Source of the DNA: an uncultured Candidatus Woesearchaeota archaeon
Lineage (GTDB): Archaea; Nanobdellota; Nanobdellia; UBA10117
Assembly: GCA_903864915.1 (NCBI GenBank)
Contig: CAIPHS010000003.1
Span: forward strand, 5,345-69,344
Direction: 5' to 3'
DNA: 64,000 bases
The notes under the pieces are model-generated. The model was not told where the DNA came from. It saw only the letters and a list, made by a program, of their open reading frames with translations, and searched no databases. Positions within the stretch are counted from its first letter, which is position 1, and each line of letters opens with the position of its first letter. This document shows positions 27,901-35,234 of this stretch, in pieces. The position numbers and the translations under genes are program-made.

Positions 27901-28272
27901 GAAATAAGGCAGAACTCGGAGACAAATGAAACACCAGCTATGGCTGGGGAAAAGATTCCGATAGAAAAAGGTGCGGTTCATGATTATGAATGGACCCCAA
28001 AAGACTCAGTAACTGTTAGGATTGATGATAATGGCGACGGCAAGTTTGAAAGGACCATAAACGCAAATTCCAATCTTACAGCAAACGATTTCAAGAAAAA
28101 TGTCGTTAAGCCCAAAAATAATATACTTCTTTATGAAGGCACCGGAACAGGCATCGGGATAGGGGCTGCAGCAGCTGCCGGCAGCTATTTGTTTTACAGG
28201 CGCAGAAAGGGCGAAGGCAATGCCAGCTTGGCCTATAACGTAGCGCCAAGCAATTCTAACAACGCAAAATAA
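25000..28272 (+). CDS. 1090-aa surface protein: N-terminal domain, TM, six Kelch-like blades, calcineurin-like metallophosphoesterase, C-terminal TM anchor
   Basis: Six ~50-aa repeats of the form (A/G)R..h.MA.h.G..KVVLFGG......DTWVY. Phosphoesterase motifs are LSDTHIG, VTGDIVDFG, VPGNHD, IIMHHQ and LGGHTHKN. The C-terminus reads GIGIGAAAAAGSYLFYRRRKG. Confidence 0.75.
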   Translation: MQAETLARTMMPLVPKVIHSKCFNKNSRELFSELCPVTECEQGKPTNEYVLQKVNSAYQNLVLRWEEFKPFIEAINEGKAVWQRNFSINKHEYKTVTLDDMLVAHEFVNKNNTKQGVCFLPPGYAGILTQEDGAELRFDEVYKALGYGDEFLPILDADIKDREKHFEEFGQKFDAAPALSITREFYSDMCALLAQTLQPFHAAARNKKAFEQMLDVIGEERPEVYNFLIQNYGSAEGLSKIIEHEANKQLAIGVQREDAKDNEGISLPTKLASIIFPSLIALAGWAGAAAGEGPDAHKDSGAHSRASDSDWSEKNMAVHPPARYGQAMAGVYGDSKVVLFGGFGNKTFFSDTWVYDAGKGVWENKTPALSPSARTAAAMAGVFGTSKVVLFGGVDGYTGLSDTWVYDVKTNTWTNLSPQESPAGRTTEIASISGDDKIVLFGGSDYDKTYGDTWVYDLSDNKWIPAASGPSERTAQAMANIDSTDKVVMFGGFYYGARLADTWVYSQNTNQWEQKNISSPSARDGHSMATMFGDDKVVMFGGQGYDPASGTWVYSLSDNKWSEKSTASSPVVRSSLTMAGIYGTKDVLMFGGTNHQNTPSGDNVYGDTWVYGAAGVQPPPDSQLIVQLSDTHIGAQGADVEMQKMVDKILHFGTKPKYVVVTGDIVDFGYGDDGAVNYHRFVELIQPLENAGIKVYTVPGNHDWRASDDKVGSQAYVGGLDDILNTRLQNYRTIMGDRDISGKAIDDGNYVIIGLDSGHDIFLDPNYPIIAPRGSGLKDVQVSWLDNTLDNLDGKLDGKDASGKEKIIIMHHQGYNQVLLGQAGVINNNQDQFLKINKNYDVNVVLGGHTHKNSVQTKDSTRYVQTASATYDLTWRNVSIMNFNGQWRVVVSNPQIIQKTVTARTGCPVDVAAYDSSGNKIEPRVKSVFAVDDKGSKQTELSVYYEPNLRFRVVGTADAGSNSSYSIEIRQNSETNETPAMAGEKIPIEKGAVHDYEWTPKDSVTVRIDDNGDGKFERTINANSNLTANDFKKNVVKPKNNILLYEGTGTGIGIGAAAAAGSYLFYRRRKGEGNASLAYNVAPSNSNNAK
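25951..26835 (+). repeat. intragenic tandem repeat (~150-nt period) encoding the Kelch-like blades
   Basis: The exact string agcaaggtcgtcctgtttggcgg occurs at 26002 and 26155. The string tgataaagttgttatgtttggcgg occurs at 26451 and 26601. Confidence 0.85.
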
Positions 28273-28298
28273 TTAAATCCCTATATTTATGAAAATGC

Positions 28299-28469
28299 AT
28301 GGTCATGGCTGGTAAAAAAGGAACAGAAGCCTGGTGGGGCTTTCTTGCAGGCGCATTAATCATAATCGCTGTTGTCATAATTTTGCTCGTATATTTTGTA
28401 AAAGTCAAGGGTGTGGGCCTCAGCTCTGTAAGCTCCATAGGAAACTCGCTTAACAATCTGTTCAGGTAA
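28299..28469 (+). CDS. mini pilin-like peptide (56 aa)
   Basis: Below the track cutoff. My translation is MVMAGKKGTEAWWGFLAGALIIIAVVIILLVYFVKVKGVGLSSVSSIGNSLNNLFR. Paralog of 40055..40234. Confidence 0.5.
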   Translation: MVMAGKKGTEAWWGFLAGALIIIAVVIILLVYFVKVKGVGLSSVSSIGNSLNNLFR

Positions 28470-28470
28470 A

Positions 28471-28647
28471 ATGTTAAACCTACTGCAATTTCTGAAAAAC
28501 AAGAAAGGCGACATAGCCTATTCTTATATCATAATGATAGTTCTTGGAATCATTGGCATAATTTTCATCCTCTGGATAGCAAGGGGGAGCATAAGCTCTC
28601 TGTTTGATAAGACACTTACGATAGGGAATCAAACAACACCCCCGTAA
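28471..28647 (+). CDS. mini pilin-like peptide (58 aa)
   Basis: Below the track cutoff. My translation is MLNLLQFLKNKKGDIAYSYIIMIVLGIIGIIFILWIARGSISSLFDKTLTIGNQTTPP. Starts 2 nt after the previous stop. Confidence 0.5.
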   Translation: MLNLLQFLKNKKGDIAYSYIIMIVLGIIGIIFILWIARGSISSLFDKTLTIGNQTTPP

Positions 28648-28654
28648 CAGCCTT

Positions 28655-28667
28655 AAAATTTATATAC
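28655..28667 (+). promoter_or_regulatory. candidate TATA box
   Basis: AAAATTTATATAC lies about 25 nt upstream of the ATG at 28687. Confidence 0.45.
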
Positions 28668-28686
28668 TTGCAAATCTGTAAAAAAG

Positions 28687-29205
28687 ATGAGGAACATGGC
28701 CAAAGCGCAAGGTTTACCGTTAAGTTTCATCGTTATAGCTGCAATATCTGTATTGATACTTGTTCTGATTGTTGCATTCACTGTTGGAGGTCTAGGGAGC
28801 TCCTTCAAGCAGCTGACAATAACAGGCCAGCAGGGCGACTTGGGCACAGTTCAATCAGCCTGCACTGCAAACTGCAATAAGCTTCAGGCAGTTAGCCCGA
28901 CAGCCACGCAATTTCAGAGTTCAGATTACTGCAGAACAACTTATGCGATTGATTTGAACAAAAATAGCAAAATAGAATCTAATCTTGGTGAAACTAATTT
29001 GAATTGCTGGAACCAGTCAATAGGTGGCGATTGCACTGCGGCATTAGCAAATGGCGTAGCAGTCACCGGCAGCCATGATTGCAAATTAGTTGGTCTTTCG
29101 TGCACAATAGAGCAAAATGGCATATGTAATGCAACCTGTACAACTGGCACAGCTCTTACACGACTTGACTGCAAATCTGGCCAATTGTGCTGCGCGAGTG
29201 CATAA
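28687..29205 (+). CDS. pilin-like protein with class III signal, Cys-rich (172 aa)
   Basis: MRNMAKAQGLPLSFIVIAAISVLILVLIV. Paralog of 29246 (SSDYCRTTY versus ASDYCKRTI). The alternative start is 28696. Confidence 0.7.
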   Translation: MRNMAKAQGLPLSFIVIAAISVLILVLIVAFTVGGLGSSFKQLTITGQQGDLGTVQSACTANCNKLQAVSPTATQFQSSDYCRTTYAIDLNKNSKIESNLGETNLNCWNQSIGGDCTAALANGVAVTGSHDCKLVGLSCTIEQNGICNATCTTGTALTRLDCKSGQLCCASA

Positions 29206-29212
29206 GCCAAAG

Positions 29213-29221
29213 CTATAAAAA
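29213..29221 (+). promoter_or_regulatory. candidate TATA box
   Basis: CTATAAAAA lies about 25-30 nt upstream of the ATG at 29246. Confidence 0.45.
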
Positions 29222-29245
29222 CATCTTTCTTCTTTATTTCTTATT

Positions 29246-29635
29246 ATGGCTAAAAGGGGGCAGGGCTTGCCATTGGAAACCATTGTCATCCTTGCAGTAG
29301 CTATTATGGTTCTTGTCCTAATTGTCCTTTTTGCAACAGGCGCATTTTCACGATTGTTTGGCAGCCAGAGAACCCTTGAGCAATCCGTAACTCCAGACCA
29401 GGTCGCATCATTTAGGATTGGCTGCGAGCAGGCCTGCTTCCAGGCTCAGCAGCTTTCCAAAAATCAGGATGGCTTTCTGGCATCAGATTACTGCAAGCGG
29501 ACAATTCCAGCCATTAATGGTGTGCATTGCTGGGACACTAATGTAAGTGTCAGTTGCAGTAAATCATTTGTATTGCCAGCAGGCAACACAGTTGAATGCG
29601 GGGACGATGTTACATCTGACAGCTGTAAGTGTTAA
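29246..29635 (+). CDS. pilin-like protein with class III signal, Cys-rich (129 aa)
   Basis: MAKRGQGLPLETIVILAVAIMVLVLIVLF: a short basic leader, RG-Q, then a ~20-residue hydrophobic helix. Confidence 0.7.
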   Translation: MAKRGQGLPLETIVILAVAIMVLVLIVLFATGAFSRLFGSQRTLEQSVTPDQVASFRIGCEQACFQAQQLSKNQDGFLASDYCKRTIPAINGVHCWDTNVSVSCSKSFVLPAGNTVECGDDVTSDSCKC

Positions 29636-29865
29636 ATAAAATGGAAAAAATGAACAAGAAAGGCAGCGCCAAGGCAAAGCTTGGCTGGTCTCTTTTCCCA
29701 CGCGGGAAAAAAGGAATAGAGTTGACAATGCAGGTCATTGTAGTTGTTATCATTTTGCTGGTTTTGCTTGTATTCTTGTTGGTATTCCTGACAGGCCAGG
29801 GTGGCAAGGTGACAAGCCTCTGGGAATCCACAACCGTAACTGCAATCAACCAGTCAATGCAATAA
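29629..29865 (+). CDS. small pilin-like protein with extended leader (about 70-78 aa)
   Basis: MNKKGSAKAKLGWSLFPRGKKGIELTMQVIVVVIILLVLLVFL. The start is ambiguous (29629, 29641 or 29650). Confidence 0.55.
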   Translation: MLNKMEKMNKKGSAKAKLGWSLFPRGKKGIELTMQVIVVVIILLVLLVFLLVFLTGQGGKVTSLWESTTVTAINQSMQ

Positions 29866-30911
29866 TGGCAAACTCGAAAGGGCTTTCGTGGTTAATTTGG
29901 ATAATAATTATTGTAATAATACTTCTTTTAACGGCAGGCATTGTTTTATCTATGCAGGTAGCAGCACAAAAACTTTCTCAGAAGTATGAACAGACTAGGG
30001 AACAGCTTGCTATCAAGGCAAATATCATACCAAAGGAGTGGTATAAGGTCATGTTACCTCAAGCATTTTCTACAAAGGGTAATCTTTACATGACTGTTAT
30101 GGATACAAATGGGACTAATGATACAACAAGCGACGATAGATACGTCACTGATTTTGATCCTTATGCAGATTATGTCGTAAAAGAAGATGGGATACCGGCA
30201 ACAGTTGACAATGTCGCAGCTTTTCCAGTAGCCTACATCGTGATTATAGTTGACCCGAATAGTCCTTATTACGATTCGGTCATCGGGAATGCTTCAGCTT
30301 TCAAATTCGTAAATGCGGAGTTTGCTCCAATTGATGTTACAGCACCAAATCCAAAAACAAAATTTACTAGTCCCGAGAAACTTGCCAAGCCCACGCCCGG
30401 AACTGCGTCTATTGCAGATTACTGGGGAGCACTTGTAATAGCAAATTCAATACTGCCTACCGTTCCTGCAGAAAAGATTGTCGGACCAAATTTCCTTGGC
30501 GTAATTGTGGCTTCAGAAGGCCGCTGTGATGTTGATTGCAATACTAATATGACAAAGATAAAGGCAGCAGAAAGCTTTCCTTCAGACACGCACTTTTACA
30601 TGCTGCGCTCGGACTGCAAGCCTGCTGTCGGCGAGGCAACAACGCCAGATTCGATGTCCGAGGCTGTTTTGTTATATGCCAAGAGTAATCTGGCGCCGGT
30701 AAGTGAGTATTGCTATACAGATACCCAACAGTTATTCAAGGATTTGTTGGAGAATGATTTGGCTCCGATAAGAGTGGTTTATACTCCAAAATTTGAATCA
30801 CCAGAGCTGCCTGTAGAGCATAACATAACTGTAACGGTTACAAAAAGAACTGGGGTGCTTGGTGTCCAATCAGCATACTCGGGCACAGGCAACACAATAA
30901 TCGCTTATTAA
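29865..30911 (+). CDS. pilin-like/N-anchored extracellular protein (348 aa)
   Basis: MANSKGLSWLIWIIIIVIILLLTAG. The start overlaps the upstream stop. Confidence 0.6.
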   Translation: MANSKGLSWLIWIIIIVIILLLTAGIVLSMQVAAQKLSQKYEQTREQLAIKANIIPKEWYKVMLPQAFSTKGNLYMTVMDTNGTNDTTSDDRYVTDFDPYADYVVKEDGIPATVDNVAAFPVAYIVIIVDPNSPYYDSVIGNASAFKFVNAEFAPIDVTAPNPKTKFTSPEKLAKPTPGTASIADYWGALVIANSILPTVPAEKIVGPNFLGVIVASEGRCDVDCNTNMTKIKAAESFPSDTHFYMLRSDCKPAVGEATTPDSMSEAVLLYAKSNLAPVSEYCYTDTQQLFKDLLENDLAPIRVVYTPKFESPELPVEHNITVTVTKRTGVLGVQSAYSGTGNTIIAY

Positions 30912-30916
30912 ATAAA

Positions 30917-31393
30917 ATGATTGCAATAAAAGGACAGGCTGAGATAATTTTCGTGCTGATATTTACAATTATAATACTAATAGTGGCCAGTACTTATTTA
31001 TCCAGTTTTATGCAGGCAACGCCGGAGTTGCGTGCACAGAACGATTTGAAGGATACCATTGAGCTTGTGTGTGCAGTTGATGGCCCGAGCGTAAGCGGCT
31101 TGACAATTTTCCTGCCGCAGGCAGACCAAGTGACGGGAAATCCCAAGTTTTACAAGCTTCACCTTACAACTGACGGCTCTCTTGAGTTGTATAAATGTTC
31201 AAATACCGGCCCATTATGCTCCGGAAGCAAGCAAAAGTCTATTGTCCTTAACTGTCCACAAGGAATAACTTTTGCCGATTGCTGGGTTGCACCTTCAGCA
31301 GAATCAGTTTCTGTTGAGGTGGACAAGAACGTAAAGAGAATCAGCTTTGACCAGTCTGCTGAATCTTTGAAAGAAGGGGTGACCTGCTCGTGA
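30917..31393 (+). CDS. pilin-like protein with class III signal (158 aa)
   Basis: MIAIKGQAEIIFVLIFTIIILIVAST. Confidence 0.65.
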   Translation: MIAIKGQAEIIFVLIFTIIILIVASTYLSSFMQATPELRAQNDLKDTIELVCAVDGPSVSGLTIFLPQADQVTGNPKFYKLHLTTDGSLELYKCSNTGPLCSGSKQKSIVLNCPQGITFADCWVAPSAESVSVEVDKNVKRISFDQSAESLKEGVTCS

Positions 31394-32061
31394 GCATAAA
31401 GATACCGCCAAAAACCATAATTTCCCTGATAATAACAATCATCATGATAGTTGTTGTCTATGCTATTATTGCTCCGATACTTACGGGCCAGCAGGTGAGG
31501 GCTTTTAATCAGCTTGGCGATGCCCTAGAGCAGGCCTGCGCTTCAAATACGAACGATGTGAGGCAGCTGACAATTTTCATGCCAGACTCTTCAGGCAATA
31601 CCGAATTGAATACTGTTTTCTATTACCTTGCTGTCGACCAGAGCAAGCGCTCGCTCGTCCTTGCAAGCAGGACATATGGTGTGGAAAAGAATGATTACCT
31701 CGTGCAGTTTGTAGATTATGTCAGGGGAAAGCCCGGAAACAAAATAATAAGCGAGAGGGTTTTGAAAAACTGCCTGAATGCTGGTATTCGCGTGTGCGGG
31801 CAATTTGACCCAACCAAAGACCCGAATTGCGGGGATTATCAGTTTGAACCTGAGGAAGGCGCGGAATCCTTGTCATTCACTTTAAACAAGACTACTGAGT
31901 CCAAGGTTTTAATGAGCTACACAAGAACAACTGTTTGCGGAGATGGTGAGTGCTGCAACAAAGGAAGTGGCTGTCCAGACTGCACGCCACAGGAAAATTC
32001 GGACAACTGCCCGCAGGATTGCGAAGAGTCAAAGCCCTGCAAGGTTTCTACTAAGCAATAA
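31390..32061 (+). CDS. N-anchored extracellular protein with Cys-rich C-terminus (223 aa)
   Basis: KTIISLIITIIMIVVVYAIIAPIL, with C-terminus VCGDGECCNKGSGCPDCTPQENSDNCPQDCEESKPC. The start overlaps the upstream stop (GTGA context). Confidence 0.6.
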   Translation: MSIKIPPKTIISLIITIIMIVVVYAIIAPILTGQQVRAFNQLGDALEQACASNTNDVRQLTIFMPDSSGNTELNTVFYYLAVDQSKRSLVLASRTYGVEKNDYLVQFVDYVRGKPGNKIISERVLKNCLNAGIRVCGQFDPTKDPNCGDYQFEPEEGAESLSFTLNKTTESKVLMSYTRTTVCGDGECCNKGSGCPDCTPQENSDNCPQDCEESKPCKVSTKQ

Positions 32062-32109
32062 TTCTGAAAGATATAGAAAAATTAGCCTAGTGATTTTCTA
32101 TTCCTTAAA

Positions 32110-32127
32110 CTCGCCTTTTGTGGCGAG
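32110..32127 (+). other. perfect 6-bp hairpin (CTCGCC-TTTTGT-GGCGAG) in the intergenic gap
   Basis: Read directly from the sequence. It lies between the 31390..32061 stop and the next TATA-like box. Function unknown (terminator or processing site?). Confidence 0.3.
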
Positions 32128-32133
32128 TGTAAG

Positions 32134-32143
32134 TTATTTAAAT
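32134..32143 (+). promoter_or_regulatory. candidate TATA box
   Basis: TTATTTAAAT lies about 30 nt upstream of the ATG at 32172. The start context GGCCACTATG is shared with the gene at 35235. Confidence 0.45.
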
Positions 32144-32171
32144 CAGGAAAGGCGAATTTTAATAGGCCACT

Positions 32172-34193
32172 ATGTATCCTAAAGGCAAGCGAGCGGTTAC
32201 AGACATAGTTTTAATGATGGGCGTAGCCATTGCCATGGCTGTGCTTCTCGTCGGTGGCTTTTCACTTGTGACAAAATTTGTGCAGGTTCAGGCACAGACA
32301 AGCCCGAAATTCACGGCGACCGAGCTTGTTGCTTTGATGAATACAGTTCAGGCTGCACCTGAAACTGTAACTTTTGATTATTACACTCCAACAGACCAGA
32401 ATGGCTATCCCATAATAGGCAGCCTGGAGATTGATGCCAGCAAGAACACATTGTGTATAGGCCCAAAGACGGAAGGTGAGATGTTCGGGGAAATTGCTGA
32501 CCAGGCAGCCATCGGTGCAGGGTTTGGTGCTATTGGTTTTGCCTCAAACAGAATCAGGAGTGCGGTTTCTGCCCGTTCAGCCAGGACTGCTGCCATCAAT
32601 AATGCGCTTTTCGGGAATTTCAAAAAAACACTGAGTGACACGATGCTTACCACAGCTCTTACTGACCCTGATGAGAAAGGGAAGATTGCAAGAAAAATTC
32701 TTACCGGTAAAGGTCTGAATGATAAGGAAGTTGCAGAGTTTCTCGATAATGGACCAAATGCAATGTTTAAAGGTGCGGAGAGGAAAAATCTCGGAGAAGC
32801 CGCGGATAAACTGACTCAAGTAGATATAGATTCTTTGGATGCTGTTGACAAGACTCTTGAAATCCAATCAGCGGGATTATTAACGCGAATAAGAGCAAAA
32901 ATCCCATTTACCGAAGAGTATGAAATTAGCAAGTTTGGCCAGAAGGTAGAGGCCTATGGCGCGGCAAACGGCGAGAGGACGTTATACCAAAAGGCGAAAG
33001 GTGTTGTTGGGGTAGTAGGAAAGGGCAAGGGTTTTATTTTCGCAGGAATTGCTGCAGCAGGGACTTATTGGCTGACGGGTGGCGACTGGACAGCAACTTT
33101 AATTACATTTGTGCAAATGTCCGTAATGCATTATCTGCCTCAATTGATAGAGTACATAATTAAAAATATGGGTACGAAGTTTGCCACGCGTCTCGCGGGA
33201 GCTGTTCCTAAGAGCGTAGCAACGGCTACAGCTTACAAACTTGGAATGGATTGTGCGACTAAAGCCCCACTGCCAATTGGCCCAGCTTGTCTGGCAGCCG
33301 CCAGTATAGCGAAGGCAGCAGAGGTTATTACAAATGTTATCTTTGCAACATACAATGCAATATCAATGGATTTGACACTGACGCAGATACATAATGCCGC
33401 AACCAAGCAGGTTGCTGCAGAGAGAAATTCCATTTCCTGTGAAAAGTTTGTTGCCCCTAAGAAAGTTCTTCTCACACCCCCTAATTGCAAGCCTCAGGTT
33501 GATTTTGGCAAAACATTCAAGGCTAACCAGAAAATTCTCGTAGGCGAATTCTTGCCGACAGCAGTTGGATTATGGGCAGCAACCGGCTGGGCAGCCGCCA
33601 CATCATACATTCCTAATGCAAAATTGATACAAACACAAATAATACCCTACGGAGAACTTGCTTTGGGTTTGGTGCCGGCTTATGGCTCTTTGGCGTACAC
33701 ACTCTATAAAGATCCAACAGGCATGGTTCCAATGCCAAGCTGCGGTTCGAGCTGCGACACCACTTACATGCGGCAGGATTGCCCCAACTGGTTTTTATCA
33801 TCACCAAGCCTATCCGGTGCAGGCGCAGAGTCAAAAGTTGCGGGCTATAGTTTCGAAATCCTGCTGAATGGTGGGCCTCTCTGTGCAGGGCTCGCATTGA
33901 CAGGAATGGCTGGAACGCTATGCGATGCCGCACGATATACAACTGCAATCACAATTTTCCTTGCAGCCCCAGAGTATGTTTTCAACTTCTTCATGCACGG
34001 GGATGAAGTTGGCGTGACAAAAACCGTTGGTAAAAAGACAGCTCCAGAGTTCCCTGCCTTGACAAATGAATTCGCGGACAACACAGGCTATTGGTATGCA
34101 GAATTGCCATATGTGATTGAGCTTACTAAAGTCTATACAGACGACCCTTCGTCTGCAAACAGGAATCCTCCGCTCATAGTAAGAAAAGTTTGA
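32172..34193 (+). CDS. large protein with class III-like signal and several internal hydrophobic segments (673 aa)
   Basis: MYPKGKRAVTDIVLMMGVAIAMAVLLVGG. No catalytic motif recognised. Confidence 0.6.
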   Translation: MYPKGKRAVTDIVLMMGVAIAMAVLLVGGFSLVTKFVQVQAQTSPKFTATELVALMNTVQAAPETVTFDYYTPTDQNGYPIIGSLEIDASKNTLCIGPKTEGEMFGEIADQAAIGAGFGAIGFASNRIRSAVSARSARTAAINNALFGNFKKTLSDTMLTTALTDPDEKGKIARKILTGKGLNDKEVAEFLDNGPNAMFKGAERKNLGEAADKLTQVDIDSLDAVDKTLEIQSAGLLTRIRAKIPFTEEYEISKFGQKVEAYGAANGERTLYQKAKGVVGVVGKGKGFIFAGIAAAGTYWLTGGDWTATLITFVQMSVMHYLPQLIEYIIKNMGTKFATRLAGAVPKSVATATAYKLGMDCATKAPLPIGPACLAAASIAKAAEVITNVIFATYNAISMDLTLTQIHNAATKQVAAERNSISCEKFVAPKKVLLTPPNCKPQVDFGKTFKANQKILVGEFLPTAVGLWAATGWAAATSYIPNAKLIQTQIIPYGELALGLVPAYGSLAYTLYKDPTGMVPMPSCGSSCDTTYMRQDCPNWFLSSPSLSGAGAESKVAGYSFEILLNGGPLCAGLALTGMAGTLCDAARYTTAITIFLAAPEYVFNFFMHGDEVGVTKTVGKKTAPEFPALTNEFADNTGYWYAELPYVIELTKVYTDDPSSANRNPPLIVRKV

Positions 34194-34201
34194 TTATGTT
34201 A

Positions 34202-35149
34202 TTAGATAACCAGGCTGACACTCTTTTTCCCGCTTATTATTGTCTGTGACGCCTCTAAAAATCCATAAGCAGAAGCGTATTGCCACATTGCCAAGATGTC
34301 TTCAAGGTTTACTGGTTTCAGGCTTTCGATTTCCTGGTTTAGCGCTTCAGAGAGCGCATAAATTTGCTGTGAATTTTGCGGGATTTTGCTTCCATCAGGA
34401 CCTTTTAGCACGCTGTTGACATTCGTATGGAACCTTTCGGTGCCTGGTATTCCTATTTTTACTGCACCACCTAAAAAGCCAATAGCTTCTTGCCAAGACA
34501 CCCTATCAATCTCGGTTTCGAGCCCGATAGCATTAAAGGGTTCGTATTTTGGCTTCCCACCTTTATATTTGACAAATTTTTTTAGCGTAAGATAAGGAAG
34601 ATTACAAGCCTGGGCGAAGCTTTGGAAGTCTATTTTGCCAAAAAGTTGCATCGTGGCAAATTCAATGTTTGATTCAGTATAGGTGGCATCTATTATGATG
34701 CGCTTTCCTGTAGAGTATAATTTCCCTGCCGCAAGTATTGATTTGGAGTCTGACCAGTGTTGGAATACCCACAAACCACCAGCCTTTTGCGATCGTTCAT
34801 CATTCGGTGCGGGCAGCTCTTTCCAGTACTCATCTTTGAATAAGAGAAAACACCTTAGCGGTTCTGGCACTTGGTATGTAGAGGAAAAGACTTTTCGTAC
34901 TTTCGTGGTGATTGGGCCTTCTAAAAACATCGCCTGAGCCACCGGAGGCGTTTTAGTATCAGCTACGGTTCTCCCTTCTTTTTGGTACAGAACGTCTTCG
35001 GCAAGGGCATTCGGGTCAAAGTACTTCTTCTGGTTCTGCTGGCAGTACTGTGCTATGAACTGCTGAAGCGAGAAATTAACAGGGATTTCGTGGGTTCCTA
35101 TCTTGAATTCCACAAGTCGCGTATCTTGATACTGGGGTGCGGTTGACAT
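34202..35149 (-). CDS. hypothetical soluble protein (315 aa) on the opposite strand inside the pilus-like locus
   Basis: ORF track. No TM segment or signal. No motif recognised. Confidence 0.55.
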   Translation of the reverse strand: MSTAPQYQDTRLVEFKIGTHEIPVNFSLQQFIAQYCQQNQKKYFDPNALAEDVLYQKEGRTVADTKTPPVAQAMFLEGPITTKVRKVFSSTYQVPEPLRCFLLFKDEYWKELPAPNDERSQKAGGLWVFQHWSDSKSILAAGKLYSTGKRIIIDATYTESNIEFATMQLFGKIDFQSFAQACNLPYLTLKKFVKYKGGKPKYEPFNAIGLETEIDRVSWQEAIGFLGGAVKIGIPGTERFHTNVNSVLKGPDGSKIPQNSQQIYALSEALNQEIESLKPVNLEDILAMWQYASAYGFLEASQTIISGKKSVSLVI

Positions 35150-35198
35150 GCCTTCAAAGCAGTTGTTAATTTTTTAAAGCCTTTCGAGCTAAAAAACC

Positions 35199-35205
35199 TT
35201 TAAAA
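35199..35205 (+). promoter_or_regulatory. candidate TATA box
   Basis: TTTAAAA ends 30 nt upstream of the ATG at 35235. Confidence 0.4.
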
Positions 35206-35234
35206 CACCCATTTGCTTCTCTAATTCGGCCACT

